Below are positions 36,721 through 49,812 of a DNA stretch of 64,000 nt, piece by piece. Made by a program: the position numbers and the translations under genes. The notes under the pieces were generated by a model that searched no databases, was not told where the DNA came from, and was given only the letters and a program-made list of their open reading frames with translations. The first letter of the stretch is position 1; each line of letters opens with the position of its first letter. Source of the DNA: Octopus sinensis (lineage: Eukaryota); NCBI RefSeq assembly GCF_006345805.1, contig NC_042997.1, forward strand, positions 113,212,001-113,276,000, written 5' to 3'.

Positions 36721-37874
36721 CTCCTTGTGATCTTTAAGATACTTCACCCATCCACCCATTACATATGGCTGTTATAAATCTGTTCCTATAAAATCAATCA
36801 TTTGACCTGTCATAACCTGAGTTATGAATCAATGAATTCACCATTATGTGATCAGAGCTTTGCATCAGCATGTGACCAGATAACAAACCCTCTCAGAATT
36901 TACCTCCAAAATATATGTTACCCTAGTCTTCAGCAATAAGTTAGCAGTAAGCACACCTTCTTACATAAAAGTCAATAAAACTGAAAGGAGGTTCTCATCT
37001 GAGATTGTTTGATAAACATTATCAAAACTAATAAATTGTGTTTACATCGTCAGTGTTGAAGATAGTGCAGCTGTGACTTGAAACCAAATTGCTACGTAAC
37101 TGGTCACACATCACGGCCGAACCACAGTAGTTTCACATGGTCTGTATATTAAGCAACCAGTCACCATCACACCATCACATGACTCAATCTTGAATTTTCT
37201 TGTACCCTATAAAAGATCTAACAAGTGGAGCCTCATATCAGTGAAGCAAGGTCAGTGCAAAATAATGTCGTCGAGAGGTAGCCCTCGAAATGGCATGCAC
37301 TCTCTCCTGATGACCCTATACACTTGCTGGCCTCCAGTATGCGGAGCTTTCGACTGGTAGCACTTGCATGTGAAAGCAGCTGACTCACTTCTTGCCATGC
37401 AGAACGTTGAGGCAGCTGAGTGAGATGTGTCTCCATTCTTGTCACACCAGACAGCTCAGACAGATAATAATCAAGAACCACCATTGGCACGAATATAGCA
37501 CAATTGTTTCCTGTTATGTTGAGTAAACCACCTGTTACTGTATTAGTAAGCTTCCTGTAATTGCTCAATTAACTAACCAATTAGCATCAAGCCATCATAT
37601 GATTCAAGCAGTAATTAATACGAGAATATTGAGGTAGTTGAGTTTCAAGTGTCACCATTCCTGCTACCCCAGATGGCATGAATTTTTTAACAGGAAGATG
37701 GCTAAGACACTTGGTGCAACCAGGCAACCAAGAACCACTGTCACCATGAATAAAACACAATTGTTTCCAGTTATGTTGAGCAAACTGCTTGTTGCTGTAT
37801 CAGTAATCTTGCTGTAAAATCCAAGTAATATCTCTCTCTCAGTCAATAATTATTGCTGTTGTTATCGATATGAA

Positions 37875-38210
37875 GGCACATGGCTCAGTGGTTAGAGTGT
37901 CGAGCTTACGATCGTGAGGTTGTGAGTTCGAATCTCGGACCGGGCTGCATGTTGTGTTCTTGAGCAAGACACTTTATTTCACGTTGCTCCAGTTCACTCA
38001 GCTGTAGAAATGAGTTGCGATGTCACAGGTGCCAAGCTGTATCAGCAGTTGCCTTTCCCTTGGATAACACTATTGGCGTAGAGAGAGGAGGCCGGTATGC
38101 ATGGGCGACTGCTGGTCTTCCATAAACAACCTTGCCCAGACTTGTGCCTGGGAGGGTAACTTTCTAGGTGCAATCCCATGGTCAGTCATGACTGAAGGGG
38201 TTCTCAAGCA
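37875..38210 (+). mobile_element. tRNA-derived SINE, family D (full length)
   Basis: GGCACATGGCTCAGTGGTTAGAGTGTCGAGCTTACGATCGTGAGGTTGTGAGTTCGAATCTCGGACC head. Confidence 0.85.
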
Positions 38211-38919
38211 TGTTATCTATAAAAGACCAACACAGTTTGTCTTTATGTGCGACAATGAAATCTTCTGTTGTTCAGTTTCTCCTACTTGCAGCCCAAGAAA
38301 CATATTTTCATTGATCAGCACAACCAGTCATCAGCAAAGATCAGCTGGCAACAACACAACAACCTGAGTAACAATAACAATATTAATAAGACTTTCAGTG
38401 AAAAAAATTATTTAATTTATTGTTGTATTTTGGGATGGTGATTATAATTTTTTGCCAAATAAACACATGTACTTCATCATCATTTAACATCCACTTTCCA
38501 TGCTAGCATGGGTTGGACGATTTGACTGAAGTCTGGCGAACCAGACTCCAATCTGATCTGGCAGAGTTTCTACAGCTGGATGCCCTTTCTAATGCCAACC
38601 ACTCCGAGAGTGTAGTGGGTGCTTTTATGTGCCACCGGCACGAAGGCCAGTTTGGTGGTACTGGCAATGGCCACGTCCAAATGGTGCTTTTTATGTGCCA
38701 CCTGCACTGGCGACAATCTTGCTCAAATGTTTCACGTGCCACCAGCACAAGTGCTAGTAAGGCGACGTGGTAACGATCACTCTCGAATGGTGTGCTTAAC
38801 GTGCCATTGGCACGAAGGCCAGTTTGTTGCTCTGGCAACAATCTTACTCATATGGTACTCTTAGCACTCCACTAGCAACGGATGCCAGTCACCGAGTCTG
38901 ATTTTGACTTTGATAATTT

Positions 38920-40210
38920 TTAATCTTTTGTCACACATCTGTGACCTCTTCAGCGATACTATCTGTCTTCATGTGTGCTCTTGCTCCACTTATTCCATTC
39001 TGTTCTTCTATGATGTGCATCCTTATGTGCACATGTGTTTGTGTCTGTGTTTGTGTGTATGTACATGTGTGTGTGTGTATGTCATTGTGCTTAATAAAAC
39101 TATGACCCCTCCCCCCTGCTACTGCTACCCTTGAACCCAACTGTTGGTACTGTTCCTGTATTTCTCTGTGTTTGTTTGCTTGCCTATGCTGCTGCCATCA
39201 TGGTAGTTGTTGCTGTTGCTGTTGTTATTATCGCTTTTGCTGTTGTCATTGTTGGTCATGTTGTTGATATTGTTTCGACTGTCTGTGAAGTTACTCTATG
39301 TGTGTTTGTGTGTATATGGCTTTGCTTCCTATGTTGTTTGTATCTGTGCCCTTTATACATTTTAAAAAATCTATCTCTATTTTTTATATTTATCTGCAGT
39401 ATGTGGATATTTGTTCAGTGTGTGTATTACACTGTTTGTATCTGATATTTTTCCTTCTCCCTTCTGTCTTTAGTTGTCATGTTGTATGGTGTGGTGGTGG
39501 GTGTTATTGTTCCATTCATGTTTTCTGTCGAGGCTCAGTCTGTCTATTGCTATGTGTATAGCCTCTGTGATCTGTCTAAGTGTCGTATCAATTCTATGCT
39601 TTGATAATACCTTAACCTCTATGCTTTAAATCGAGCCTCTATGTACTGCTTGAGCATGTTGGCAGAGCACTGATGAGCCTCTCTCATCTTTGCGCTCTTG
39701 GCAGTGTTCACCTACACCCCCACTATGCTGCTTTCAGTCTCTGTAATGTAAGTAGTTGCCATGTTTCTGCACCCCCCCCCCTCAGTACATCATAAGCTAT
39801 ACACTTTATTCCTAAACTTATAGTTAACCTTTAGGTTCATCCTGCATACAATACAATTGTTCTCCATACATGGGGACCTATCAAAGGGATAAGTTCTACA
39901 GATCAGGGATTTTATAGGGGCACCAAGCTTTTCTATTACTTTAATATGTAGATTGGCCTTATCTAATGTTTTCCTAAAAAGGTAAGCTAGTTCACTGCCA
40001 GGGGTAGCATCAACGAACATGACACTCTGGTATTTTTTGTTGTCATACCATGAGTTGGCCTTATCTATACTTTTTTTTTTAATCTTTCATCACACATTTG
40101 TGACCTCTTCAGCAGCACTATCTGTCTTTGTGTATGCTCTTGCTCCACTTGACCATCCCAAAATACAACAATATCTGTTCCAACACACAGTTTCATATCA
40201 GGAATCTTGC
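38920..40210 (-). mobile_element. Penelope-like element relic (Neptune-type) with direct repeats carrying hammerhead-like motifs
   Basis: ORF MFVDATPGSELA...IKVIEKLG..IKSLI...PF....C....CIVC...NKVY, followed by a frameshifted Y.TET..EH...SVL..H GIY-YIG region; homologous repeats at 38920-39000 and 40080-40160. Confidence 0.75.
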
Positions 40211-40518
40211 AACAGAAATTCATAAATCATTTAATTCATTTTTAAAATTATTGAATTCAGAATGTAAAGACAGACGAAATACCTATTTCTTTACTACCCA
40301 CAAGGGGCTAAACTCAGAAAGGACAAACAAGGACAGACAAACGGATTAAGTTGATTATATTGACCCCAGTGCGTAACTGGTACTTATTTCATCGAACATG
40401 AAAGGATGAAACGCAAAGTCGACCTCAGCGGAACTTGAACTCAGAACGTAGCAGCAGACAAAATACCACTTATATCAGTGTGCTAACCTTCTGTTCAAAT
40501 ATTGTTTTATATTCGTTA

Positions 40519-41054
40519 CATTGAGTGACTTTTATAAAATATTTTGATGTATATGTCCATCTTATCAAATATTAAGAATTGAAATTCAAAAATTAGGGAA
40601 TGAGAAAAAATTAGAAATTAAGTTCATTCTCATAATTTTGTGCATTATTAAGGGCATATCCATAACAATGTCCTTAACAATGCACAAAAATACGAGAACA
40701 TATTGTTCTTAATTTCTAATTTTTTCTCATTCCTTAATTATTAACTTTCAATTCTTAATATTTGATAAGATGAAGGTGGCAAGCTGGCAGAAACGTTAGC
40801 ACGCCAGGTGAAATGCTTAGCGGCATTTTGCCTGTCTTTACATTCTCAGTTCAAATTCTGCCAAAGTCGTCTTTGCCTTTCATCCTTTTGGTGGGCGGTT
40901 GATAAATTAAGTACCAGTTGCATACTGAGGTTGATCTAATTGACTGGCCCTATCTCCTCCAAAATTTTGGGCCTTGTGCCTGGAGTAGAAAATAATATTT
41001 GATAAGATGGACATATACATCAAAACTGGGAATATTTTATAAAGCCACTCAATG
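40519..41054. mobile_element. Foldback/palindromic AT-rich element split by a family B SINE (40773-40993)
   Basis: Inverted arms CATTGAGTGACTTTTATAAAATATT and AATATTTTATAAAGCCACTCAATG; the SINE is flanked by the 16 bp duplication AATATTTGATAAGATG. Confidence 0.8.
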
Positions 41055-41432
41055 TGTGGGCATAGCTGTGTGGTAAGAAGCTTGCTTTCCAACCACGTGG
41101 TTCTGTGTTCAGTCCCACTGCATGGCATCTTGGGCAAGTGTCTTCTATTAAAGCCTCAGGCCAACAAAAGAGACTAGCAGAATAAGTACTAGACTTATAA
41201 AGTCGATTTCTGCGACAAAATAAAAATAAACCTTTAAAGCTGTGCCCCAGTATGGCCACAGTCAAATGACTGAAACAAGTAAGAGAATAACGAATATAAA
41301 ACAATCTTTAAACATACTTTCATGTTGTTTCCACCTTTATTTTTTAACTATATATATATATATACACATGTATGTATGTATTGATATAGATATACATATA
41401 TATACATATGTATATATATATGTGTGTGTGTA

Positions 41433-42248
41433 CAGGCATACCTCAGCTTAAGTCATTCTGATTTAAGTCATTCTTGATTATATGCCGCTTCTCAAAAATA
41501 ATTTATGGAAAAATCAAAATCAAATGAAGTCATTTTACTTGACTTTACATCTGTCTGCCACAAATATTGGAATCATAAAAGCACTAGAAAACCATTAAAA
41601 GCACATAAAATCATCTTACTGTACAATAAATAAGAATAAAAGCATATAAAATCATGTTAAAATACGTACAGTAAATGTTAAGATACACACCATAAAGTAG
41701 TGTAGCTTAGTGAACTCATTAAACAACAAGAACAGCCAGAAACCGCTGTTGATGTTGATGATCCACTGCCATCTACATCTGTGATGTAAACCACTAAATT
41801 GTATGTACTTAGTGGTAAATTTAAAATAATTTGGTTTTTATTTACTATTGCAAAATAATAATAATTACTGAATTTGTTTTTCAAGCTTGAAAAAGGCTTT
41901 TATTTTACCATGTCTTATTGCAAACCGCATTCATAAATAAAGTGTCTGCGATGAAAGGTAAACACCGTGAAATTGTATTTGTAAATTTAGATTACATTTT
42001 TTAATACTGTACTGTATTAAAAAATAAAAATTATTTGTTTGTAAGCTTAAAATAGGTTTTTATTAACCATGTATTATTGAAAATGCATTCCTAAGTAAAG
42101 TACAGAACTGGGAATGGTTGTTATCAGTTTAGCCTAGTGACAAGTAAGTTCAGCCTAGCCTAGAGACAAGTTAATTCGACTTAAGTTGTTTTTTTACTTA
42201 AGTCATGTCTCCTGGCACTAATTAACAACGTAGGGTGAGGTATGCCTG
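41433..42248. mobile_element. pogo/Tigger-like non-autonomous element
   Basis: TA|CAGGCATACCTCA ... TGAGGTATGCCTG|TA terminal inverted repeats. Confidence 0.8.
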
Positions 42249-43342
42249 TATATATATATATAAATTAAAAAACATAATATATACAACCAAATTAAACGGA
42301 AAACAGACACAGAACATCACCAGGATTTACAGTAATCCATTGCCATATCGTGGTTCTCCTATTGCACACTCAATACATCGCAGATTTTACTGTCTAATAT
42401 ATGCAAATTTATGTTGCAGACTCCTCAGTATATTCAGGTTTCTGCGGCCGATAGGTATTTAGATTTTTTTAGATTTTAATTTTTTCTGTGGGAGGTTTTG
42501 GAACATAATACCAGCAATAAGCAAGGGATTACTGGACACAATTTTGCACCTTCAATGATAATATTACTCTCCTTGGTGGGGCAATGAGAAATAGCCAATG
42601 AACATGGGACCAAAGAGGCAGAAAGGGAACATTCAAACATGAAATAAATATGAAATATATAATACATAAATGAATCCATCTTCTCAGTTGCTGTCAGATT
42701 TGGAAATTTTAAAATTAAGTGAAAATTTTCAAATTTGGTATATTGATGTGATTTTTTGCACTGAATCCAGATTTGGGATTCGTTTATTTCTCCAAAATTT
42801 TAGGAAAATATTACAGAGGTTTAAAGTTTGATAATTTTTAGTCCAAGCTGAAAGCGGGAATCAGAAGTGAGCATTTTCTGTGTGATAGCTGTCACAAAAT
42901 GACAGAGAAATAACACAAGCACAAAACAATGCTGCTTGTCAAAACTTGTGATGGGTTACAGTGGTGAAAGTGATTCGGTCATGCTTGGTATGGTGTCTTT
43001 ATTATAATGAAAACAGAGCAGACTACAGCTTTGCTTGTTGCTATGGAAACAGACTCCAATGTGAGATTTACAGTCATGTGTATAATGGTAGCAAATTTCC
43101 CCAAATTAGCAAACTTTAAAAGCTCTTAACATTTTATTGATTAATTTATGGCAAAAATAATTTTCTTTTTCATAACTAGCATACAAAACTATATTGATAT
43201 AACCAAATTTGAAAACAGTTGAAACAAAATTGAAAAAATACGAAATCTGTGACAGCAATCATAGTATAAGATATAAAAAGACCCCCTTTGAAAAGCTAAT
43301 ATTCCCATCTTTAATGAAAGAAGCAAAACCAGCACCATAAAC

Positions 43343-43394
<52 letters not shown>

Positions 43395-43397
<3 letters not shown>

Positions 43398-43925
43398 CAG
43401 AATATTTGCTGTAGCCCATCTTTTATACCAAGACAAAACAATGTACATGTTAACTGATTGGAAGTGTTATCATGTACATTGTTTTGTCTTGGTATAAAAG
43501 ATGGGCTACAGCAAATATTCTGCTCAATACCACAGATTTGCTTGTCAGTTGTTTGACCATAACCAGTTGAGCATGTCCCTTAGTGGCTGACGATATGTGC
43601 ATCTCTGATCACGAGCAGAAGTAGTGGGGGAGCATCATGGCCATGTGTTGAGAAGGATTATTTGGAGTTTAAATAATTCACCTCTGGAAACAGGTGTTTC
43701 ATTTAACATCCTTAAATAACCCTTATTCAAGGACCTTTTGAGTGGGATGGGTTACTCGACCAAAAGAAAATTCTAACTGGGCCCCACCTGCAAGGTCATG
43801 TGCTGTTTATCTTCATATGAGATCACCATGCCGCGCACATATGGTTGTGATGCATGTGCCTAATGTACCCTTATCAGACGAGTAGTCATGATGGGTATAC
43901 TGGGCTTCGTATATTTTACCCCAGT
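43395..43925 (+). mobile_element. Family E retroposon with an inverted 5' duplication
   Basis: Homologous to 6910-7460; preceded by (AAT)n; the first 55 bp are the exact reverse complement of 43471-43525. Confidence 0.8.
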
Positions 43926-44059
43926 GTTACTTTGATGGCATGTAATAAATTTTGAAGGGAGGAAGAAGTTAATTACATCAACCCCAAGAAGAAAAGGCAA
44001 AGTTGACTTTGACAGGATTTGAACTCAGAACATTTAGTGTAAACTCTTGTGTGCTAAAT

Positions 44060-45375
44060 ATACTACCTATTGAAGCAAGGTGTAGAGTCGAAGTGCCTTA
44101 GAGTTAATCTAGCAAAAATCAAAGTCTTAGTAAGTAGGAGAGTAGACAAATCACAAATCCCTTCAGGCAGATGGCCCTGCATGATCTGTAGAAAAGGTAT
44201 AGGTAGAAACTCCATAAGATGTACCCAGTTCAAGCTATGCATGCATAAAAGGTGCTGCAAAATTAGAGGAAGATTAACTAGGAAAATAGTTTTTGTGTGT
44301 AGAAGGTGCACAGATATAATTAACACCGAAAATGTTCAGCAAATAGACTCCATCAAATGCCAGAGGGGAAAACTAGTAGTTGATAGCTTCCATTACCTAG
44401 GTGACCAAGTCAGTAGCAGGGGTGGATGCTCTGAGAGCGTAGCTGTGAGAATAAGAATAGGCTGGGCAAAGTTCAGAGAGCTCTTACCTCTGTTGCTAAC
44501 AAAGGGCCTCTCCCATAGAGTAAAAAAGCAGATTGTATAATGTCTGTGTGTGGACAGCTGTGCTACACAGCAGTGAAACATGGGCTGTGACAGCCGAGGA
44601 CATGTGTAGGCTTGAAAGAAATGAAGCCAGTATGCCTTGCTGGATGTGCAATGTCAGTGTGCATGCACGACAGAGTGTAAGCATCTTGAGAGAAAAGTCA
44701 GGCATAAGAGGCATCAGATGTGGTGTGCAAGAGAGATGGCTGCATTGGTATGGTCATGTGATATGTATGAATGAGGATGACTGTATGAAGAGGTGTCGCA
44801 CTTTAACAGTGGAGGGAACCTGTGGAAGAGGTAGACCCAGGAAGACATAGGATGAGATGGTGAAGTAGGACCTTCAAATACTGGGCCTCACGGAGTCAAT
44901 GACAAGTGACTGACACCTTTGGCAATATGCCGTGCTTGAGAAGACCCGTCACCCCAGGTTAAATTGTAGTCATGGCCGATGCCACTGTTGAGCATCTGCC
45001 ATGTAAAAAGCACCCTTTGCATAACTGGCAGCCATGTTGGTGGTACATAAAAAGCACCATTCAAACATTGGGCCTCACAGAGGCAGTGACAAATAACCGA
45101 GAACTCTGGTAATATACTGTGCTTGAGAAGACCTGACAAGCCAAGTGAGATTTTAGTTGTGACCAATGCTGGTGTAACGTAACTAGCAGCTTTGCTGGTG
45201 GCATGTAAAAATCTCCCACTACACTCTCGGAGTGGTTGGTGTTAGGAAGGGCATCCAGCTGTAGAAACCATGCCAAATCAGATTGAAACTTGGTGCAGCT
45301 CCCCAGCTGACCAGTTTTCACTGAAACTGTCAAATCCATGTCAGCATGGAAAACGGATGTTAAATGATGATTATG
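44060..45375 (+). mobile_element. 5'-truncated RTE LINE (ORF2 C-terminus and 3' UTR)
   Basis: LRVNLAKIKVL...WPCMICRKGIGRNSIRC...FHYLGDQVS...RIRIGWAKFRELLPLL...LHSSETWAVT...WYGHV.....GRGRPRKT. Confidence 0.9.
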
Positions 45376-45880
45376 ATAATGTCTCATTAGTGAGGCAACT
45401 CTGTAGGTGTTTTAGCCCCTTCCACCATGACACCAAAGCTGTTTGGGGCTACTGACTGATATGCCCAACAAAACCCCTGTATGTTATCTCGTAACCTTTG
45501 GTAGAATTGAAAGGGTGGAAAGAGAATCCTTTTAATGCTAAGAATAGAAAAACTACAACTGTGGGGTGTTTGTAGTTTCAATCAATCAGTTTATATTGAT
45601 TATCGGTCATAAATTTGGCATGGACAAAAGAGAATAAACATAAAGGACAAAGATGCTTCGTTATCAACGATTTAATTAGCTTACATGAGTTTCCCACCAA
45701 ATTTAATTGGTGTTCAACGTTCAGGTTTACAAACCGAACCTGTCACAGGACAAGAATAACAATACATATGGATTACTGTGGTAATAATTGGACATTTAGT
45801 TGACTGGGTTTGATTTCTACAAGCTGCTTACTGAGATGTTCACCTGGATTTATTTAATCCTTGAATATATATGTATAATA

Positions 45881-46334
45881 CAGGGTGCCCATAAATGACC
45901 ATTACAATTTGAAAAACTCAGGTGAGTTTATTGGAAAACAGAGGGTAACAAACAATAATAAATCTCTGAGCAAAGTATAAACAGTAGCTGCAACACATTG
46001 TGAAGTATATTTGACACTTAAATATGGCTAACCCCTAAGGGTGGATGCTACTGTAGCTTGAAGATGGGAAGGATGGCTTCCCTTTGCAAATACTGATAGG
46101 GCACAGAAAGTGTGTCAATAGCCAGCTGGAGGAGGTGTCCTCCTGGGGCTACAAGCTACAGTAGCATCCACCCTTAGGGGTTAGCCACATTTAAGTGGCA
46201 AATACACTTCACGAAAAGGGTAACAAAGTTTTATTAGAAACATCAGAACACTTCTATGTGGGCTCCATTAGTTGCATGCAACATATCTAGATGATGTGCT
46301 ATTTCTGTTGTAAAGATAATTTGTGGACACCTTG
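45881..46334. mobile_element. Tc1/mariner MITE containing a nested palindromic element (46001-46211)
   Basis: TA|CAGGGTGCCCATAAAT ... ATTTGTGGACACCTTG|TA; internal 60 bp inverted arms. Confidence 0.7.
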
Positions 46335-46952
46335 TATCATCATCATCATCATCATCATCGTTAAACGTCTGTTTTCCATATTGGTATGGGTTGGGTGATT
46401 TGACATGGAGCTGATAAGCTGGCGAGCTGCACCAGGATCCGATTGTCTGTATTGGTATGGTTCCTATAGCTAGATACCCTTCCTAATAATGCCAACCACT
46501 TTACAGAGTAGATGTTTTTTATGTATATAGGAGCACTCTGTCAGTTATGATGACGAGGGTCCCAGCTGATACGATCAACAGAACAGATTTCTCATAAAAT
46601 TAACGTGCAAGTGCCTGAGCACTCCACAGACACGTGTACCCTTAATGTAGTTCTCAGGGATATTCTGCATGAAACAGAGTGTGACAAGGCCAGCCCTTTG
46701 AAATACAGGTACTACTCATTTTTGCCAGCTGAGTAGACTGGGGCAACAAGAAATAAAGTGTCTTGCTCAAGGACACAACAAGTCACTGGGAATTGAAATC
46801 AAAACCTTATGATAGTGAGTCAAATGCCCGAACCACTAAGCCATGCACTTTCACATGTATGTATGTATGTATGTATGTATGTATGTATGTATGTATGTAT
46901 GTATGTATGTATGTATGTATGTATGTAGTATGTATGTATGTATGTATGTATG

Positions 46953-47014
<62 letters not shown>

Positions 47015-47015
<1 letters not shown>

Positions 47016-48047
47016 CTTTATATATATAAAACTGAGAATGTATGTCTGTCTGTCTATCTGTCTGTGTGTTTCCCTAAAACTTGAGAACTACACAACCAAT
47101 TTCATTCAAATTTTACACATGCCTTACTTAGGGTCCATGTAGTTTCATGGGCAAAAAAAAAGTTCAACTTCTTGCCTAGAGCAAGCCCATAGCAATATCA
47201 TATCTTCTCCACTATTTCAGTATTACGTGTTAAAAGTGAAACAAAAACATTTCTCTATTTTATGTCAGATACTTTCACTTTAACAATAAAAATAATAATA
47301 ACAATTGAATTATATGTAGAAAGTAATAATTAAAATCAAACTAAAGTATAATATAATCGTAACATAACAAAAGTAAAAATAGCAAATGGTATAAAATTGC
47401 ATCAATGACTTGAACTTGAATAAGTGGTTTCACATGAATGGGAATAAATTATAAAATTAGCGTGCAGAAATAGTCCAGATGGATAATAAAAAATTAAATT
47501 AAAGAAAAGACTATTGTCTATAAAGTATACAATGTAGAGAAAAAAGATTTGAACACCTGGAGGAAAGTACCATCGAAAAGTGTCTTGGTGCGACTATGAA
47601 AGGTATCTAACCAGAGGCGGTAAATTCGCCACAATAGAAGCAAGGTTCGAGTCAACGGAGCGTGCAAGGGAGTACTCAACTTGAACTTGCAAAGTGGAAA
47701 TATTTTATTTTTACCTTTATATCTGGGATGTAGGATGTGCCGGATAAAAATTTAAAATGCCCCCCCCCCCGAAGTTGAGGTAGGCTGGATTGTAGCCATA
47801 CTTCTATACAAGAGGGAGGACAAGATACAATTGATCAAAATTGCAAGAGACGGGCTTACAATTCCAGTCTGTTATATATTTTAAGTATTGTTATCACTAG
47901 TGATATCAAGATATAACTTTGTATTTTGTATTTTATGTGTAGATGTATATATATATATAGATGTACATGTAATATATGTACACATATATATATACACATA
48001 TATACATGCACTAGCACTATGACCCGGCAACGACGGTCATAATGCTA

Positions 48048-48048
<1 letters not shown>
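47015..48048 (+). mobile_element. Non-autonomous Helitron
   Basis: A|TC 5' end, subterminal hairpin ATGACC-CGGCAACGAC-GGTCAT (48019-48040), CTAG|T 3' end; this is the canonical Helitron structure and AT target. Confidence 0.75.
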
Positions 48049-48120
<72 letters not shown>

Positions 48121-48353
48121 CATACATATTAATTATTGAGTTAGAAAAGAGTGAGATCTAATGGCTACAAATTAATTTATTAATTACTTAACGTATTCAC
48201 CTACAATTGTTTCATTTTACAAGCAAAATTAAAATTACAAAACATATATAAATATATGATTATGCATTTTAAAATACCTTGGATGGAAACTCATCAGGGT
48301 GTAGAAGCATTACATGAGGATATGTTTGGAATACTCAGAATGTATAGATATAT

Positions 48354-48386
<33 letters not shown>

Positions 48387-49812
48387 TTTGGTCTTTGCTC
48401 CATTGACTCTAAGGCCTTTTGGTTCTAAACCTTGCTTCCACACCTGAAATTTCTTTTCTAGTTCTCATAGTGATTCTGCTATGAGGGCCAGATCATCAGC
48501 ATAGAGGAGCTCCCAGGGGCAACCTGTCTCAAATTCCTCTGTTATTGCCTGGAGGACTATGATGAATAAAAGGGGACTGAGGGCTGATCCATGGTGGAGC
48601 CCTACTTCTACTTATTTGAAACTGGTACTTATTTGAAAATGAAATAACTGAAGCAAATATGAAATGGAGTACCTTGCTCAACAACACAATGTTCTGCATA
48701 ATCCATCTGATTGTAGATAAAGCAATTAAGAGTATGAAACCAGGAAAAGCTGGCCATCAGGAATCACTGCCGAGATGCTTAAAACATCTGGTGGTGTGGG
48801 CTATGGCCTAGTCACCCTTGGCTATATGCCTTAACGTTAGTATAAATCTAAAGGCAGCAAGCTGGCAGAATTGTTAGCACACTGAACGAAATGCTTAGCT
48901 ACATCCATCGGTCTACACTTGTGAGTTCAAATCCTGCCAAGGTCTACTTTGCCTTTTATCCTTTTGGGGTTGATAAAATAAGTACCAGTTGAGAACTGGA
49001 GGTGATGTAATTAATTGTCCCCCTCCTCCAAAATTTTGGTGCCTACATTAGAAAGGATTATTATAAACCTAAATCATTGTTATTAATCATTCTTCTGGGG
49101 CCAATAAAATATGTATCAGAAATATATCATTGACATTTTAATCCAATAGTTTTGCATCAAGGATTAGTCTCATTGACTGAAGAATAAACCCACGGTGATT
49201 CTAATCCTTGAAACATTTTCAATTTGCGAATGATGGTATATATTTTCAGTAAGCAGTCATTGCATTTGTGAAAGTTACAAACTTCACAACACCCAGCATT
49301 TCTCTACTCTTGAGCCATGATGTCCTCATAGTAAGGCATTAAACCTAGGGGTGATCTCAAAGCAGTGTGGACCCTAATTGTGGAGGGAAGAAGAATATGC
49401 CTCATCATGGACGTGGCAGACACACATGGGAGAAAGATTGAAGCAGAAAGCAAAGAACAAATCCTCAGCTTGTAGTAAAACAAAATAGTTGCTGCTTGGG
49501 GTTGGAGCGGTTACAACTGTGTCTGGTTTGGTGTGAGAGATGCAAGGAGATAACTGAGGACAAAAAGCAAAAATATTACAAAATGAATGAATAAATAAAA
49601 CTGGATATTTTTTGATAAGCACTGTTTGAGAGAATGGTATTGTGGAAAGGTTCTGAAACTGTTGAGAACACTGCTTGGCAGCTGGTGAAGATGCTACTTT
49701 GCACAAAAGGCTGTCTTTTGTCCCATCAGTATACTGATGACAAACCAAACATTTATTCTGTCATCCTTTATCAAAAAGCTGTCATTCAAAAGAAATAAAA
49801 TGTTATACTAAC

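Noticed and set aside
37233-37568. 111 aa ORF in unique sequence
   Set aside because: No recognisable domain or splice context, and it overlaps a local duplication.
37875-37950. tRNA gene (also at 5040-5105, 21705-21775, 24790-24865 and 34356-34420)
   Set aside because: tRNA-like heads run into SINE bodies and lack a complete acceptor stem and T-tract terminator.
47800-47885. Helitron helicase motif-like peptide (LKYITDWNCKPVSCNFDQLYLVL)
   Set aside because: Weak match and on the strand opposite to the element's orientation.
49374-49748. 124 aa ORF; opposite strand faintly like a hAT transposase
   Set aside because: Similarity is too weak to call without a search.
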